From Octopus sinensis (Eukaryota): 64,000 bases of DNA. The translations under genes were made by a program, and so were the position numbers. Below, piece after piece: positions 1 through 12,868 of the stretch; the stretch's first letter is position 1, and every line of letters begins with the position of its first letter. The notes beneath the pieces are model-generated. The model saw only the letters and a program-made list of their open reading frames with translations. It was not told the DNA's origin and searched no databases. The stretch covers positions 112,220,001 through 112,284,000 of the forward strand of contig NC_043002.1 of the NCBI RefSeq assembly GCF_006345805.1, read 5' to 3'.

Positions 1-116
1 GTTAATAGCATCATCGCACACAGGAGGATAAGCGAAGAATTCCAAACGTTGAACACTGTACGGAATTACAACCAACGTGAGGATGAAAAGTTTTTATACC
101 TTACATTATTATTTTT

Positions 117-613
117 ATTGAGTGAGAGAGCAGTGCATGCCATCAAAGTGACACTGGGGTAAAATATACGAAGCCTAGCATACACATCATGACTACCCGT
201 CTGATAAGGGTACACCAGGCACATGCATCACAATCATATGTAAGCGACATGGTGATTTCATATCAAAATAAACAGCGCATGACCTTGCAGGTGGGTCCAG
301 TTAGAATTTTCTTCTGGCCGAGTAACCCATCTCACTCAAAAGGTCCCTGAATAAGGTTTGTTTAAGGATGATGAACGAAACACCCATGTTCGCAAAGGCG
401 AATTATCCAAACCCCAAAGAATTCCTCTCAACACATTTCTATGATGCTCCCCACTACTTCTGCTCGTGGTCAGAGATGCACATATCGTCAGCCACTGAGG
501 GACATGTTCGACTGGGTTTGATCAAACTGACAAGCAAATTTGTGGTATTGAGCAGAATATTTGCTGTAGCCCATCTTTTATACCAAGACAAAACAATGTA
601 CGTTATAACACTT
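117..613 (-). mobile_element. Family D retroposon, 5'-truncated copy
   Basis: Reverse complement aligns by eye along 43810-44270; short TAA-type tail at ~105-117. Confidence 0.8.
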
Positions 614-817
614 TTATAATAATAATAATAATAATAATAATGATGATGACGATGATGATGATGATGACGATGATGACGATGATGATGATGATGATGATGA
701 TGATGACGATGATAAGGATGATGACGATGATGACGATGACGACGACGACGACGGCGGCGGTGGTGGTGATGGTGGTGGTGGTGGTGGTGGTGATGATGAT
801 GATGATGATGGTGATGC

Positions 818-857
<40 letters not shown>

Positions 858-859
858 AA

Positions 860-905
<46 letters not shown>

Positions 906-917
906 TAATAATAATAT
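614..917. repeat. Compound (TAA)n/(TGA)n/(TGG)n microsatellite
   Basis: Directly visible trinucleotide tracts. Confidence 0.97.
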
Positions 918-1298
918 TACGATCGCATTCTTTCTTTATTGTCTTCGGCGACAATATTCGGCCGATAATAATTGGTCTCTTTGTTTGTGTAGATTGGCAT
1001 ATCCCATTGTATGGTTGCATTGCCATTCTCTTATACCTGGTATAAGTCTGATTTAACATGCTGATCAATAGAGTGCATCCGTCAGTTAGATGAGTGCTGA
1101 GTGTGATTTCTCAGAGACACGGGTAGGATTATCTATATCAGTAAAAGTGCTCGTCATTTACTAACAATATGCCTGATGCATTGGCTCTGCAATAATTCTG
1201 CTTCGATAATTATTAATGGTATTATTAATGTTTCCACGCGAGATAGAAGGTTTCAAAAGTCATCATCCTTCTTAACTTTTTTACAAACTCCGGTTATA

Positions 1299-1617
1299 GC
1301 AGGAGTGGCTGTGTGGTAAGTAGCTTGCTTACCAGCCACATGGTTCCGGGTTCAGTCCCACTGCGTGGCACCTTGGGCAAGTGTCTTCTACCATAGCCTC
1401 GGACCGACCAAAACCTTGTGAGTGGATTTGGTAGACGGAAACTGATAGAAGCCCGTCGTATATATGTATATATATATGTGTGTGTGCGTGTGTGTTTGTG
1501 TGTCTGTGTTTGTCCCCCTAGCATTGCTTGACAACCGATGCTGGTGTGTTTATGTCCCCGTCACTTAGCGGTTCGGCAAAAGAACCGATAGAATAAGTAC
1601 TGGGCTTACAAAGAATA
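1299..1617 (+). mobile_element. tRNA-derived SINE family A, 3'-truncated
   Basis: A-box TGGCTGTGTGG and B-box GGTTCAGTCCC; near-identical to 24331-24761; ends abruptly at AAGAATA. Confidence 0.92.
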
Positions 1618-1742
1618 ATTTTACCATAATTTTTTTTCCATTTTTAATGCATTTTTTTGCTATTTTTTGGCTATAACTCTCTAAAAATGCTTATATAGTT
1701 ATTTCCCTTACAAACCCGAGCATCGCCGGGCGATACTGCTAG
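1618..1742 (+). mobile_element. Non-autonomous Helitron 3' fragment
   Basis: GC hairpin CCCGAGCATCGCCGGG (1715-1730) followed by terminal CTAG|T; homologous to the reverse complement of 34214-34430. Confidence 0.8.
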
Positions 1743-1778
1743 TTTAATATAAAATTATTCGTCTATTCGTCTTATATA

Positions 1779-1809
<31 letters not shown>

Positions 1810-1879
1810 TATTTATGTATATATATATAAATACACACACACACACGCACGCACGCACACACACGCACACACACACACG

Positions 1880-1913
<34 letters not shown>

Positions 1914-1943
1914 AGACGAATAGACGAATAATTTTATATTAAA
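1743..1943. repeat. ~200-bp foldback palindrome
   Basis: Perfect 37-bp terminal inverted repeats, inner (GT)n versus (AC)n arms, palindromic TA-rich centre. Confidence 0.9.
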
Positions 1944-2378
1944 TAGCATAAAAAAGGATGGATTCATGATTTATCGAAACTACCTCCACTTCAAGAGATG
2001 ATAGAACAATTTCTTGGTAACATTTTGTAACAATCTCAAGTTAGGAAGAAAGTTCATGTGGAAAAATTCTCGAAAAATTAACATGCCATAAAGGAAACTC
2101 TAGTCTGATTGTCTGATGACAAGCGTGGTGCTGTTAACGAGTGTTTCTGTGTCCATAGGCGTCACCAGCACAGCAATTGACTAAATCTCTCGTTCTCATG
2201 TGGAGCGAGCACGAATGACCATGAAGCAAATGTTTTTCAGATATGCTAACCTTATTCGTCTTTATTCGTCTTTATTCGTCTTTAATGCACACATACATAT
2301 AACTCGCAAGCACGAGTCATTTCTTTCAGCTCATTTGCGTTCAAGTTACGTAGATTACCTATACCATAAATGCGTTCT

Positions 2379-2756
2379 GGAGGCGCAAACGCCCAGTGGT
2401 TAGGGCAGCGGACTCGCAGTCGTAGGATCGCGGTTTCGATTCCCAGACCGGGCGTTGTGAGTGTTTATTGAGCGAAAACATCTAAAGCTCCACGACTCTC
2501 CGGCAGGGCATGGTGGTGATCCCTGCTACCTTCACCACAATTTTCTCTCACTCTTTCTTCCTGTTTCTGTTGTACCTGTATTTTAAAGGGCCGGCCTTGT
2601 CACTCTCTGTGTCACGCTGAATATCCTCGAGAACTACGTTAAGGGTGCACGTGTCTGTGGAGTGCTCAGCCACTTACACGTTAATTTCACGAGCAGGCTG
2701 TTCCGTTGATTCGGATCAACCGGAACCCTCATCGCCGTAACCGACGGAGTGCTTCC
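2379..2756 (+). mobile_element. tRNA-derived SINE family B, full length
   Basis: A-box CGCCCAGTGG (variant of TGGCCCAGTGG), B-box GTTTCGATTCCC; 11-bp TSD AAATGCGTTCT at 2368-2378 and 2757-2767. Confidence 0.95.
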
Positions 2757-3068
2757 AAATGCGTTCTACATTTTTGTATGTCTAAATGTTCCGTTTGACA
2801 ACTGATGCGCTTATGACGCCATTTGAGCTACAGATGTTCTTTCGCTTTCAACTCTCTTTTCCTTAGTGGCATTTCATTTTTGACAAATTCTTGATTGTTG
2901 ATAACCTTCCCATTTCTTATTTGGAAGTCATACTAGTTGTCACCATGTGACTGTTCCATCCTCATTCAAAGCGGAGATAACTTCAATAATCAAATGTAAC
3001 TTTATTCTTCTCTGTATTCAAATGTAACCCACTGGGCATTCGGATGTATCTCTTTTAGTTAATTTTTG

Positions 3069-3131
<63 letters not shown>

Positions 3132-3199
3132 TGCCGGCGCAAGTAATTAGTTTTCAAAGCAGTGCTCCAGCATGAAACAAAGTAGACGAGAGAGACGAC

Positions 3200-3900
3200 T
3201 GCTAGAACGCTAAAAATATTACTTCAGAAACATAGATGCCAGTCAAACTTAGTAAACCATGCGAAAAAACAGAGCACAAGAGATCTCAGTCTCTATCTGA
3301 CGGAGATACCCTCATAAGGAGGGTGAGGACAGATGCTCAAATCTAAATATTCCATTTGTAGTTGCCCATAATGCTAAAAATCGTATTTTTAAGCCGACAA
3401 AACGACACCTCCCGAATTCTAAACCAATCATCAAATCTCTGGAATGTTGTTAAAGGATTGTAAATTATCAACAGTTGAAGACAATCACTAAATATTAAAA
3501 GCCTCTCAACAAAGGCAGAATTTACGCCAGAAAAAGAAGCAACAAACTGTGGAAACATTTCTTGTAGGACCTGTAAATTAAATTAAATAAATATATTAAA
3601 TAGAGCAAAACCAAAAAGTTTCAAGAATTGGAAGGAATTGAACGTTAATGCAAAGTGAATTGCAAAGCAAAAAATTTCATTTACTGCATCATATACATTT
3701 TTGAAAGAATTCAAAATATTCTCCTTTAAAAAAAATGCAAAAGAAAATGATCGACTACGAAATGCCAAAGAACTCTTTATAAGACTTCTAAATCCGAAAT
3801 AAAGTTGGAAAAAGTATTACCAACAACTACTCTCATACAGATGGCCTTATAACACTTGTTTCTGGAAAGCTAAAAACGGCGAAAATCACTTTACACTACA
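3200..3900 (+). mobile_element. Degenerate Penelope-like element, C-terminal ORF remnant and 3' end
   Basis: Interrupted translations IPFVVAHN, NIKSLSTKAEF, CGNISCRTC, FKIFSF and RLRNAKELFIRLLNP resemble the PLE thumb-to-GIY-YIG tail; many stops. Confidence 0.55.
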
Positions 3901-4100
3901 CGAATACCTTCTTCTATAGATCTGTATATTTTTTGTAATGATCTTGTTATATAATTCAACAAAAATTTTCTTCAAACATGTGTTTGTGCACGAGTGTGTG
4001 TGTTGTTGTGTGTGTGTGTGCATGTTGTGTGAGTGAACTATATAAATATGTATTCACATACACATAGAGATAAATACTTTTACGCACAGACACAGATATA

Positions 4101-5312
4101 TACTTTTATTCTTTTATCTTTCTATGTGTTTCAGCCGAAAGTCTGTGGCCATGCTTGGTGCGCTACCAGTGTTATCATTTTTTCTATTACTATTTCTTTT
4201 GTGATCGGCTTTTGGTGAATATTGCTGCCCTGTTTTGAGTTTCTTGCTGTGATGTATGTTTACTTGGGACCTTGGACAGCAGGAGGTCAAGTTGTTTCTT
4301 GAAAAGATCAACCCCTATTCGATGTCTATTTCTCATGTGTATTAAATAGCCGTGAGCTATGATTCTCACTCCAGATGGGACTACTGGGACCTTTTGAACA
4401 GTGCGGTGACTTGCAGTTCGAGGGCCGGCATAGATCTCAATACCAAAGTTTGGTGCCAACCCTTTCAGGTTCTTCCGTACATATATCACTGCATATCTTT
4501 TTCTTTCTCGCTCCATGGAGTACAGTCGTAGATCTTTCAGTCTCACCCAGTAGCTCAGCTGTTCCATTGATGCAATCTTCCTGATGTAGCACCGCTAAAT
4601 TGCCTCAAGTTCTGTTATTAATTTGACACTGTGGGGCTGACCACAGTTGAGAGCAGTAGTCTAGACGGCTGAGTATAAATATCCTCTGTAGAACCAGCAT
4701 AGTTTTCTGGTCCCTTGTTCTGAAGGTTATCAGAATCCACTCGGCTATTCGCCTGCACATCACTACCGTCTTGGTGATATGCACGTGAAACGAAGCGTTG
4801 ATGTTCATGTCAATCCCCAGATCACACACTGTACTTCACCCTGAGATCGTCATTCCTTTGGGTCCAAAATATTTTTGTTGAGGCATGTTAGCACAAGCTA
4901 GCTAATAGCGGAGGGCTAGGAATTTACCTGCATTAAATTGCATGTTGTTTTCTTCTGTCCATTTATATATGTCATCTATGTCTTTCTGCAGAAGATTGGC
5001 ATCGAAAGGTTCCTTGACTGCTTTTACTACTTTTGTGCTGTCGGCACTGCTAGTAAGTCTGTGTAACTGGTAGCATGTCCGAAAGAGACACCATTAACAT
5101 CATCGATCCTAAGAGTTCCCCAAGACACTCCACTCGCTACTACTGTCTCTTTGGCTGCCAAAGCCTGGCTTCCGTCTTTTAAGAAGTCATGTATCCACTC
5201 TCCCAGCTTTCCGACTATAGCGAGTCTCCTTAGCTAGTGACATATCATCCCATCATCAAACTTAAACTCCTTTGCAAAATTCAGATATATCACATCCACA
5301 TATATGTATTTA
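4101..5312 (-). mobile_element. CR1-group LINE, 5'-truncated (RT C-half, 3' UTR and tail)
   Basis: VDVIYLNFAK, GKLGEWIHDFL, LQKDIDDIYKWTEENNMQFN, SRLDYCSQLWS, LSYWVRLKDLRLYSMERE; tandem AAAAGA(A)T-like tail; frameshifts and stops. Confidence 0.9.
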
Positions 5313-5483
5313 TTAAGATTTAATAAATATGCACGTCAGTTTCGACGACGAATATTCTAAGTGCTATTCGATCAACTGAACAGTCTACAATATTCCCCTG
5401 ATAGAGTTGGGGGCCAGTCGAGAAGGTGCAAATCGGTAACTGAACAATACTATCAAGAGTGCAGTCCAAGATTTTAACTGCAT

Positions 5484-5893
5484 ACTCTTTACTCTTTTAC
5501 TCTTTTACTTGTTTCAGTCATTTTGACTGCGGCCATCCTGGAGCACCGCCTTTAGTCGAGCAAATCGACCCCGGGACATATTCTTTGTAAGCCCAGTACT
5601 TATTCTATCAATCTCTTTTGCCGAACCGCTAAGTGACGGGGACGTAAACACACCAGCATCGGTTGTCAAGCAATGCTAGGGAGACAAACACAGACACACA
5701 AACACACACACATACATATATATACATATATGCGACAGGCTTCTTTCAGTTTCCGTCTACAAATCCACTCACAAGGCATTGGTCGGCGGAGCTATAGCAG
5801 AAGACACTTGCCCAAGATGCCACGCAGTGGGACTGAACCCGGAACCATGTGGTTGGTTAGCAAGCTACTTACCACACAGCCACTCCTGCACCT
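5484..5893 (-). mobile_element. SINE family A, full length
   Basis: Colinear with other A copies; (AAAAGAGT)n tail. Confidence 0.93.
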
Positions 5894-5918
5894 ATGATGA
5901 CTGCATCAAATTTTGTTT

Positions 5919-5962
<44 letters not shown>

Positions 5963-6189
5963 TCGTACGCTTATGCGCACTCCCACGCACACAGTTTGTG
6001 CACGTGTGTGTAGGTGTGAGTGTGTGTAACTATGCGTGTGTGTGTGTGTATGTGCGGACATGTGCTTATGAGGGTAATTCCACTTTAGCAAGGCCAATAG
6101 CCATTCGTAAGTACTCAATAAACCTATACTTACAATGTACTTTATGTTAAATCCGCAGGTAATATTGCCATTGTTTGTGTCATCGATTA

Positions 6190-6244
6190 TTTATTATGTA
6201 TATCTATATAATATGCATTATATATATATATATATATATTATAT

Positions 6245-6313
<69 letters not shown>

Positions 6314-6320
6314 CACACAC

Positions 6321-6370
<50 letters not shown>

Positions 6371-7017
6371 AGATATATATGATGTGTCTCTATGTTTGTA
6401 AGCATGTATAAATATCGACTCGTTTAAGGTACTTCCTACGTGGGTAGTTTTGTGTGTATCGTTTAATTTTTTATAAGATTCCTCACCAAACGGTTTCCAT
6501 TTTACTCGTCACCAAAAACACACCGTTTACTTATTATTGGGTTCATATAGGCTTTATAATCTACCCCTGACACAAACACACGCCATACGTTGTAAATCTT
6601 ATTCCCAATTCTTAGTCTCTAACAAATACATTATTTATAAGTGTCTAGATAGATAGATATATATATATAGTATATATAGTTATCGATATATATTATATAT
6701 ATAATACATATATATATAATAATATATATATATATACAAGAGATATATAATATATATATAATATATATATATAATATATATATATATATAATATATATAT
6801 ATACATATATATATATACATATATATAGATACATACATACATACATACATACGTACCTATACAATATATACATGATATATGCATTCATAATTGAGTATAT
6901 ATACACATACAGAAGCATACAAACACATACATCCATATATACAGCACACACACAAAAGCACGTGCACTCACATTCATAATATGTATATGTGTGTGTGAGT
7001 AAATATGTATATATATT

Positions 7018-7057
<40 letters not shown>

Positions 7058-7270
7058 CATATATTATATAATTATATGTACACGTGAATATATATACATC
7101 CAAATATACATACACACATGTATATATATTAATATTTACATAAATATAATTATAAATGAATATATATATAAATATATACATACATACATATCTATGCATG
7201 CATACATACAGGCATACATACATACATATATACATATATACACACACACATATATACGTATATACACCCA
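6190..7270. repeat. (TA)n-rich low-complexity blocks
   Basis: Directly visible TA/TACA tracts with a short unique spacer at ~6400-6630. Confidence 0.9.
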
Positions 7271-7779
7271 CATCTAGGTGCCAGCCCCATTTCCCACTCA
7301 CTTGTAGCTATAGATCATCAAATATAGAGTTGTAACATTTATCAATTGTTCTTCTAGATACTCTCGCGGGTTCACACACATACAAACACATGCACCCACA
7401 CACGCGCAAACAATCACACACACATAGATTGGCACAGGCCTACTCATATATATAACACAAAAAGACCTTCATACTTCATATTTTTCATATAATTTTCTTC
7501 CATTTTTTTTTTTTTGCCTTTTGTTGTCTCGATTTTGTATCTTGCCATAGAATGAGTTATATTTCCTTATGTACTTTTTCTGTTCGGGTTAATTTAAGGT
7601 CATATTTACTTAATTAGATGGCTGGATGTTTCAGGAGTTTTCCTGAAAGTTTTTTTTCTTTTTTCCAATATACAAGGTTTAGGTATGAAATAAGATGTAT
7701 GCGTATGTATGTCAATATGTATGTCAATGAGTTTATGTATAATCCTATGTACTAATATATGTATAAATATATATATACC

Positions 7780-8430
7780 TATTTATATATGTGCTTGCGT
7801 ATGTATGTATGTATGTATGTATGTATGTATGTATGTATGTATGTATGTAGGTATGTATGTATGTATGTGTTTATATATAGCTTTATAAATTATATACACA
7901 CTGAGGGAATGTGAGACAGAAAGAAGTGGGAGATAGTATGAGTTGATAAGTGTGTAAATAATATATATACATATATATATATATGTATGTATACATCATC
8001 TGGGTATGTATGTACGTACATTTGTTTGTATGTATGTATGTATGTACAATATTCTATATTTGTAATATCCAAATTAATGTACGGAACATAAACATACTCT
8101 TATATATATAACTAATATATGACAATTTAAATGGTAATAATAACATATATACATACATACGCATCTATAGGAAACATATAGAATGTGTACATATAGACAC
8201 ACCACAACATACATACATACATACATAAACATACATACATAATACATACGTACATACGTACTACGTAAATACATACATACATACATACATACATACATCA
8301 AACATAACATACATACACACATACATACATACATACATACATTATACATACAAATACATACATACATACATACACATATACATACATACATACATACAAC
8401 ATACATACATAAATTACATATACAACATAC
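7780..8430. repeat. (TATG)n and (TACA)n microsatellites
   Basis: Directly visible. Confidence 0.92.
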
Positions 8431-8527
8431 ATGGCACCTTTGACAAGTGTCTTCTACAGCCTCGGGTCGCCCTAAGCCTTGTGAATGAATATGGTAGACG
8501 GAAACTGAAAGATTCCCATTATTTGTT

Positions 8528-8563
<36 letters not shown>

Positions 8564-8800
8564 GTGTCTGTGTGTGTGTGTGTGTATTTGTGCTTGTCCT
8601 CATACCATCGCTTGGCAACCGATGTTGGTGCGTTTACATTCCTGTAAGTTAGCTATTCGGTAAAAAACGGCCATAGAATAAGAACTAGGCTCAGAAGGAG
8701 TAAGGGCGGGTGTCGACTTCTTCGACTAAAAAATACTTTAAGGCGGTGCTCCAGCATGGCCGCAGACAAATGACAGAAAGAAGTAAAAGAATAAAAGAAT
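8431..8800 (+). mobile_element. SINE family A, 5'-truncated, diverged
   Basis: Body and GGCGGTGCTCCAGCATGGCCGCAG tail are recognisable. Confidence 0.85.
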
Positions 8801-9364
8801 ATATATATACTAATGACAAGATAAATTCAGTTCACGTTAACAGAAATATATATTCATACACGCGCGCGTATGTGTGTATGTATGTTTGTATTGTGATGTG
8901 CTGTGATTACTCCTTAATAATCAGAGTTTCACAAGAGTTTCACAAAAGTTTCACGTTGAGTGAGTTACTGATTTCCGGTATTTAAGCCATAGTATTTATA
9001 ACGTAAATAACGTGAGTGCAAGACAACTCACACGCGCACGCACACACACACACCTATGAACACACAGACACCGGCAGGAACATAGTAATACACTCGAGCA
9101 GATTTATACATGAAAGAAAATTGTTTTTGTTAACCTCGTTACAGCCTGCATTCTTTAATACAGAAAAATCTATTCAGTACAACTGCTCCTCTTTCTCTTC
9201 TGCTTTTACTTTCCCTCTTTATACGCATGCGTGTGTGCGTGCGCGTTTGAGTGTGCCTTTTTTAGTATGCGTACGTATATATATATATTTATATGCATGT
9301 GTATCTCCATATCTATCAAATACATATATTATATATATATGCATGTGTATATCTATGCATCAAA

Positions 9365-9401
<37 letters not shown>

Positions 9402-9989
9402 CATGTGTATCTCTATATCTATAAAATACACGCTTTTTATATGTATATATAATATATATGTATATATGTATACACACACTCACACACACACACACGCATA
9501 TATATATATATATATACCCAATGAATAACACACCGCCATCTTAAAAAGGGTTAAATAAAAATGCAAATAGTTGTTATATATTTACAGTAAAAGTAATATA
9601 CACAATATAAAATGAAAATTATATTAAGATGGATTATTTATGTATAATAATTATTTATCATACGGAATAATAAAAAGAAGATTATTAAAATGAAAATAAT
9701 AACAAAAATTATATTGGTGAATTTAAACGTTATTTGATGTTATAAGTGGTTTTTCGTAAACGGGTTTATTAGATGTTTCTGTAAAATATGATTATATTTT
9801 GAGACAATTTTTTCTTGACGATTAATGTAAATAGATCCCGCAACTTAACCCGCCAGTATTTCAAATTGGCTCAAGAACTACTGAGCATCCTTTAGACAAC
9901 TAGAGAATAGTTCAAGCATTTTAATATTATGTAATCTTTTCTTATGACATTAAAATCTTTTCAAGGCTGATGGAATCTATTGGATCCAT

Positions 9990-10340
9990 CTGCGTAAAAA
10001 GACGCATCCTCAATGACTAATATTTTCGGTTTTAGTATTTTCGGTTTTTTGTCTTTAAATCTTCATATATATTTTGCCAATGATGAAATGTTCTTGCTGA
10101 AATAATAAGTTGTGTATTTCATCTTTTAAAGAAATTGGCTGTAAGATTGATCTTTTTCATCAGGTGAATATGTTGTAGTTCGGTGCGTCGATGCATTATC
10201 AAAGCACTTTCGATTGTATGAGTAAGAAGTAGCAACGTTATAATTACATTGAGATGGACGTTCTTCAGATCCGTTCACTTTTCTTTATGTTTGATTTTTG
10301 CATTCACCAAGAATTTTCCTATTCATCTGTTTCTATTTAC
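9990..10340 (-). mobile_element. Possible Penelope-like GIY-YIG relic
   Basis: Weak similarity (GKFLVNAK, MHRRTELQHIH) to PLE C-termini and to 3600-3700; heavily decayed. Confidence 0.3.
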
Positions 10341-10366
10341 GTACCGAGAATTTCTCTTACAGCTAC

Positions 10367-10466
10367 NNNNNNNNNNNNNNNNNNNNNNNNNNNNNNNNNN
10401 NNNNNNNNNNNNNNNNNNNNNNNNNNNNNNNNNNNNNNNNNNNNNNNNNNNNNNNNNNNNNNNNNN
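10367..10466. other. Assembly gap (100 N)
   Basis: Run of N. Confidence 1.
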
Positions 10467-10754
10467 CTGATATCAATGCGGACATTCAGTCACTTGAAGA
10501 TAAGAGGCCGTGATGTCGATCACATTCCGCGTGTTTTCGACAGCACAATGGATTTGGGGGAAAAAAAAATCTCCCCGCAACATCATGTTATAAAACACTT
10601 CGTTATAAGCATCTACATAGACATGTAACTGACACTCCAACAACAGGGTTATTAAAGAAATTCAAACTTCGACACACTGGGCTAAAAATATTTCGCCATA
10701 ACTGTTCTTCGCAGTTACAAATTCTTGAAAAAGCAGCGAAATCTCCCTTTCTAG

Positions 10755-10758
10755 AAAG

Positions 10759-10837
<79 letters not shown>
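10755..10837. repeat. (GATA)n microsatellite
   Basis: Directly visible. Confidence 0.97.
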
Positions 10838-10838
<1 letters not shown>

Positions 10839-10842
10839 GTAC

Positions 10843-11099
10843 ATTCTTTTACTTGTTTCAGACATTTGACTGCGGCCATGCTGGAGCGCTGCCTTTAGTC
10901 GAGCAAATCGACATCAGGACTTATTCTTTGTAAGCCTAGTGCTTATTTTATCGTATCTATCTTGACGAACCGCTAAGTTACGGGGACGTAACCGCACCAG
11001 CATCGGTTGTCAAGCGATGTTGTAGGGACAAACACAGAGACACCAACATATAAGACCCCCCCCCATATATATATATATATACCACAGGCTTCTTTCAGT
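10843..11099 (-). mobile_element. SINE family A, 3' half fused to Tc1
   Basis: Tail and body match family A up to ACTGAAAGAA, then the sequence switches to Tc1. Confidence 0.85.
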
Positions 11100-12164
11100 G
11101 GAGGTTATCGACGACTTTACTTGTTTTTCTAAAATGCACCATAAATGTTGAATAATATTGAGATCTGGGGACTGTGGTGGCCAGATAAGATGTTCAACTT
11201 CATTAGAATGTTCCTCGTGCCATTCAGTAACAACTTTATCTGTGTGAATTGGTGCATTATGATCCCGAAAGATTGCGTTTCCCTCCCGAAAAAGTTCCGC
11301 AATCATAGGATGAATTTGATCAGATAAAATGCTTAAATAGTCTTGACTATTAATTCTACCATGAAAGGAAACCATTGGGCTAGTGGATTTACAAGATATA
11401 GCTCCCACCCAGATCATCACAGATCCTTCTCCATGTTTAACAGTTAGAAGAAGGCAGTCTGGGTTAAATACGTTTTTTTACTGTCTCCACAGGTATACTC
11501 GGCCGGTGGTTGGAAATTAGGTAAAGGATGACTCATCTGAGAAAATATCATTCTTCCACTGCTCTAGGGACCAATTCTGTAGGTTTTTACTTCACTCTAA
11601 ACGTTTAGCAACGTTTGATTTTCAAAGTAGGGGTTTTCTGATTGCAGTCCTCCTGTGAAATCCGGCTTTGTGCAGCTCCCGGCAAACAGTTTTTGTGGAA
11701 ACTGGGTTCTTGAGGTGATCATTAAGCTCTGCAGCAATTTTAGGAGCTGTACTTTTGCGATCCTTTCTAACAATTCGCGTAAGAGCCCGACGGTACATAT
11801 CTGAATGTTTTGGTTTTCTTCCGGAGTCTTCTTTCGACGAGAAGGTTTTTTTCTCTCTCTCTCAAAGGCTGTCATTACTTTCGAGACGGTACTTCTTGAT
11901 ACACCAAACATTTCGGCTTTTCGTCACGCCTGCCATATGAGCACCAGCAATTTAGTAGTCCGATAGATCTGTCATTTTAATGAATTTTAATTACCTTTTT
12001 CTGATGATATATGAAACGAAACAGCAATTTTAGCAAAACATATTAAGCAACACTGATAATAAATCAAAAAAGAAAACCATAAACAATTTTTTAACAGTTT
12101 TATAGATATTTCAAAGTTATGATGATATGATGCTAGGTGTTTCTATTATTTTGTACAACCCCTG
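11090..12164 (-). mobile_element. Tc1-family DNA transposon, defective, one end missing
   Basis: FGVSRSTVS HTH, IFSDESSF, FRDHNAPIH, WPPQSPDLNIIQ (catalytic D/E altered); terminus CAGGGGTTGTAC preceded by TA at 12165-12166. Confidence 0.92.
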
Positions 12165-12229
12165 TATAATATATATATAGATATATATAATATATATAAT
12201 ATATATCTCTGTGTGTGGGGGGACTAAAT

Positions 12230-12520
12230 GAGTTCTAATGCATAGTTAGTTTCTAGCGCATTCACTAGATGTTAGACAGTGAGAGGGGCGATGATGTCAT
12301 AGTGAGTAAGGCCTGTTAAGTGAGTGTTAAGAGTCAGTGATACATACAAGAGTTATGGGGAGAGCTTCAAAGTGTTTATCACAAAGACCATAGTGAGGTA
12401 GAGACAAAGGACGGTTGGTAGACAAGCTTAGGTGAGGCAGGTGAGAAGGAAGATAAAAGATGTTTGGGAGTGACGAATTGAAATAGGAATAACTATCTTT
12501 AGGCTTTGATAGAAGTAGAA
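12230..12520 (-). mobile_element. Degenerate LINE 3' end (CR1/Jockey-like)
   Basis: SYSYFNSSLPNIFYLPSHLP resembles the LINE ORF2 C-terminal 'Y.NSFFP...WN.LP' motif. Confidence 0.35.
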
Positions 12521-12529
12521 AAGAAGATA

Positions 12530-12670
<141 letters not shown>

Positions 12671-12744
12671 GCATCTATGTGCATTAATGTGCTTAAACAT
12701 GCAGACATGCATATAACTTCAGCAGGCATACATGGCCAAAAGGC

Positions 12745-12850
12745 ATTTAAAAGAATAAATACTTGGTTCGATTTTTTTGACTAAAATCGTTCAAGATGAT
12801 TCCCCAGCATGGCGGCTGTCTAAATACTGGAGCAAGTAAAAGATAAAGGA
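12745..12850 (+). mobile_element. SINE family A 3' tail, old
   Basis: Diverged CCCCAGCATGGC...GTAAAAGATAAAG tail. Confidence 0.6.
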
Positions 12851-12868
12851 TATATATATATAGATATA

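Noticed and set aside
10249-10628. ORFs spanning the N run
   Set aside because: Artefacts of the assembly gap.
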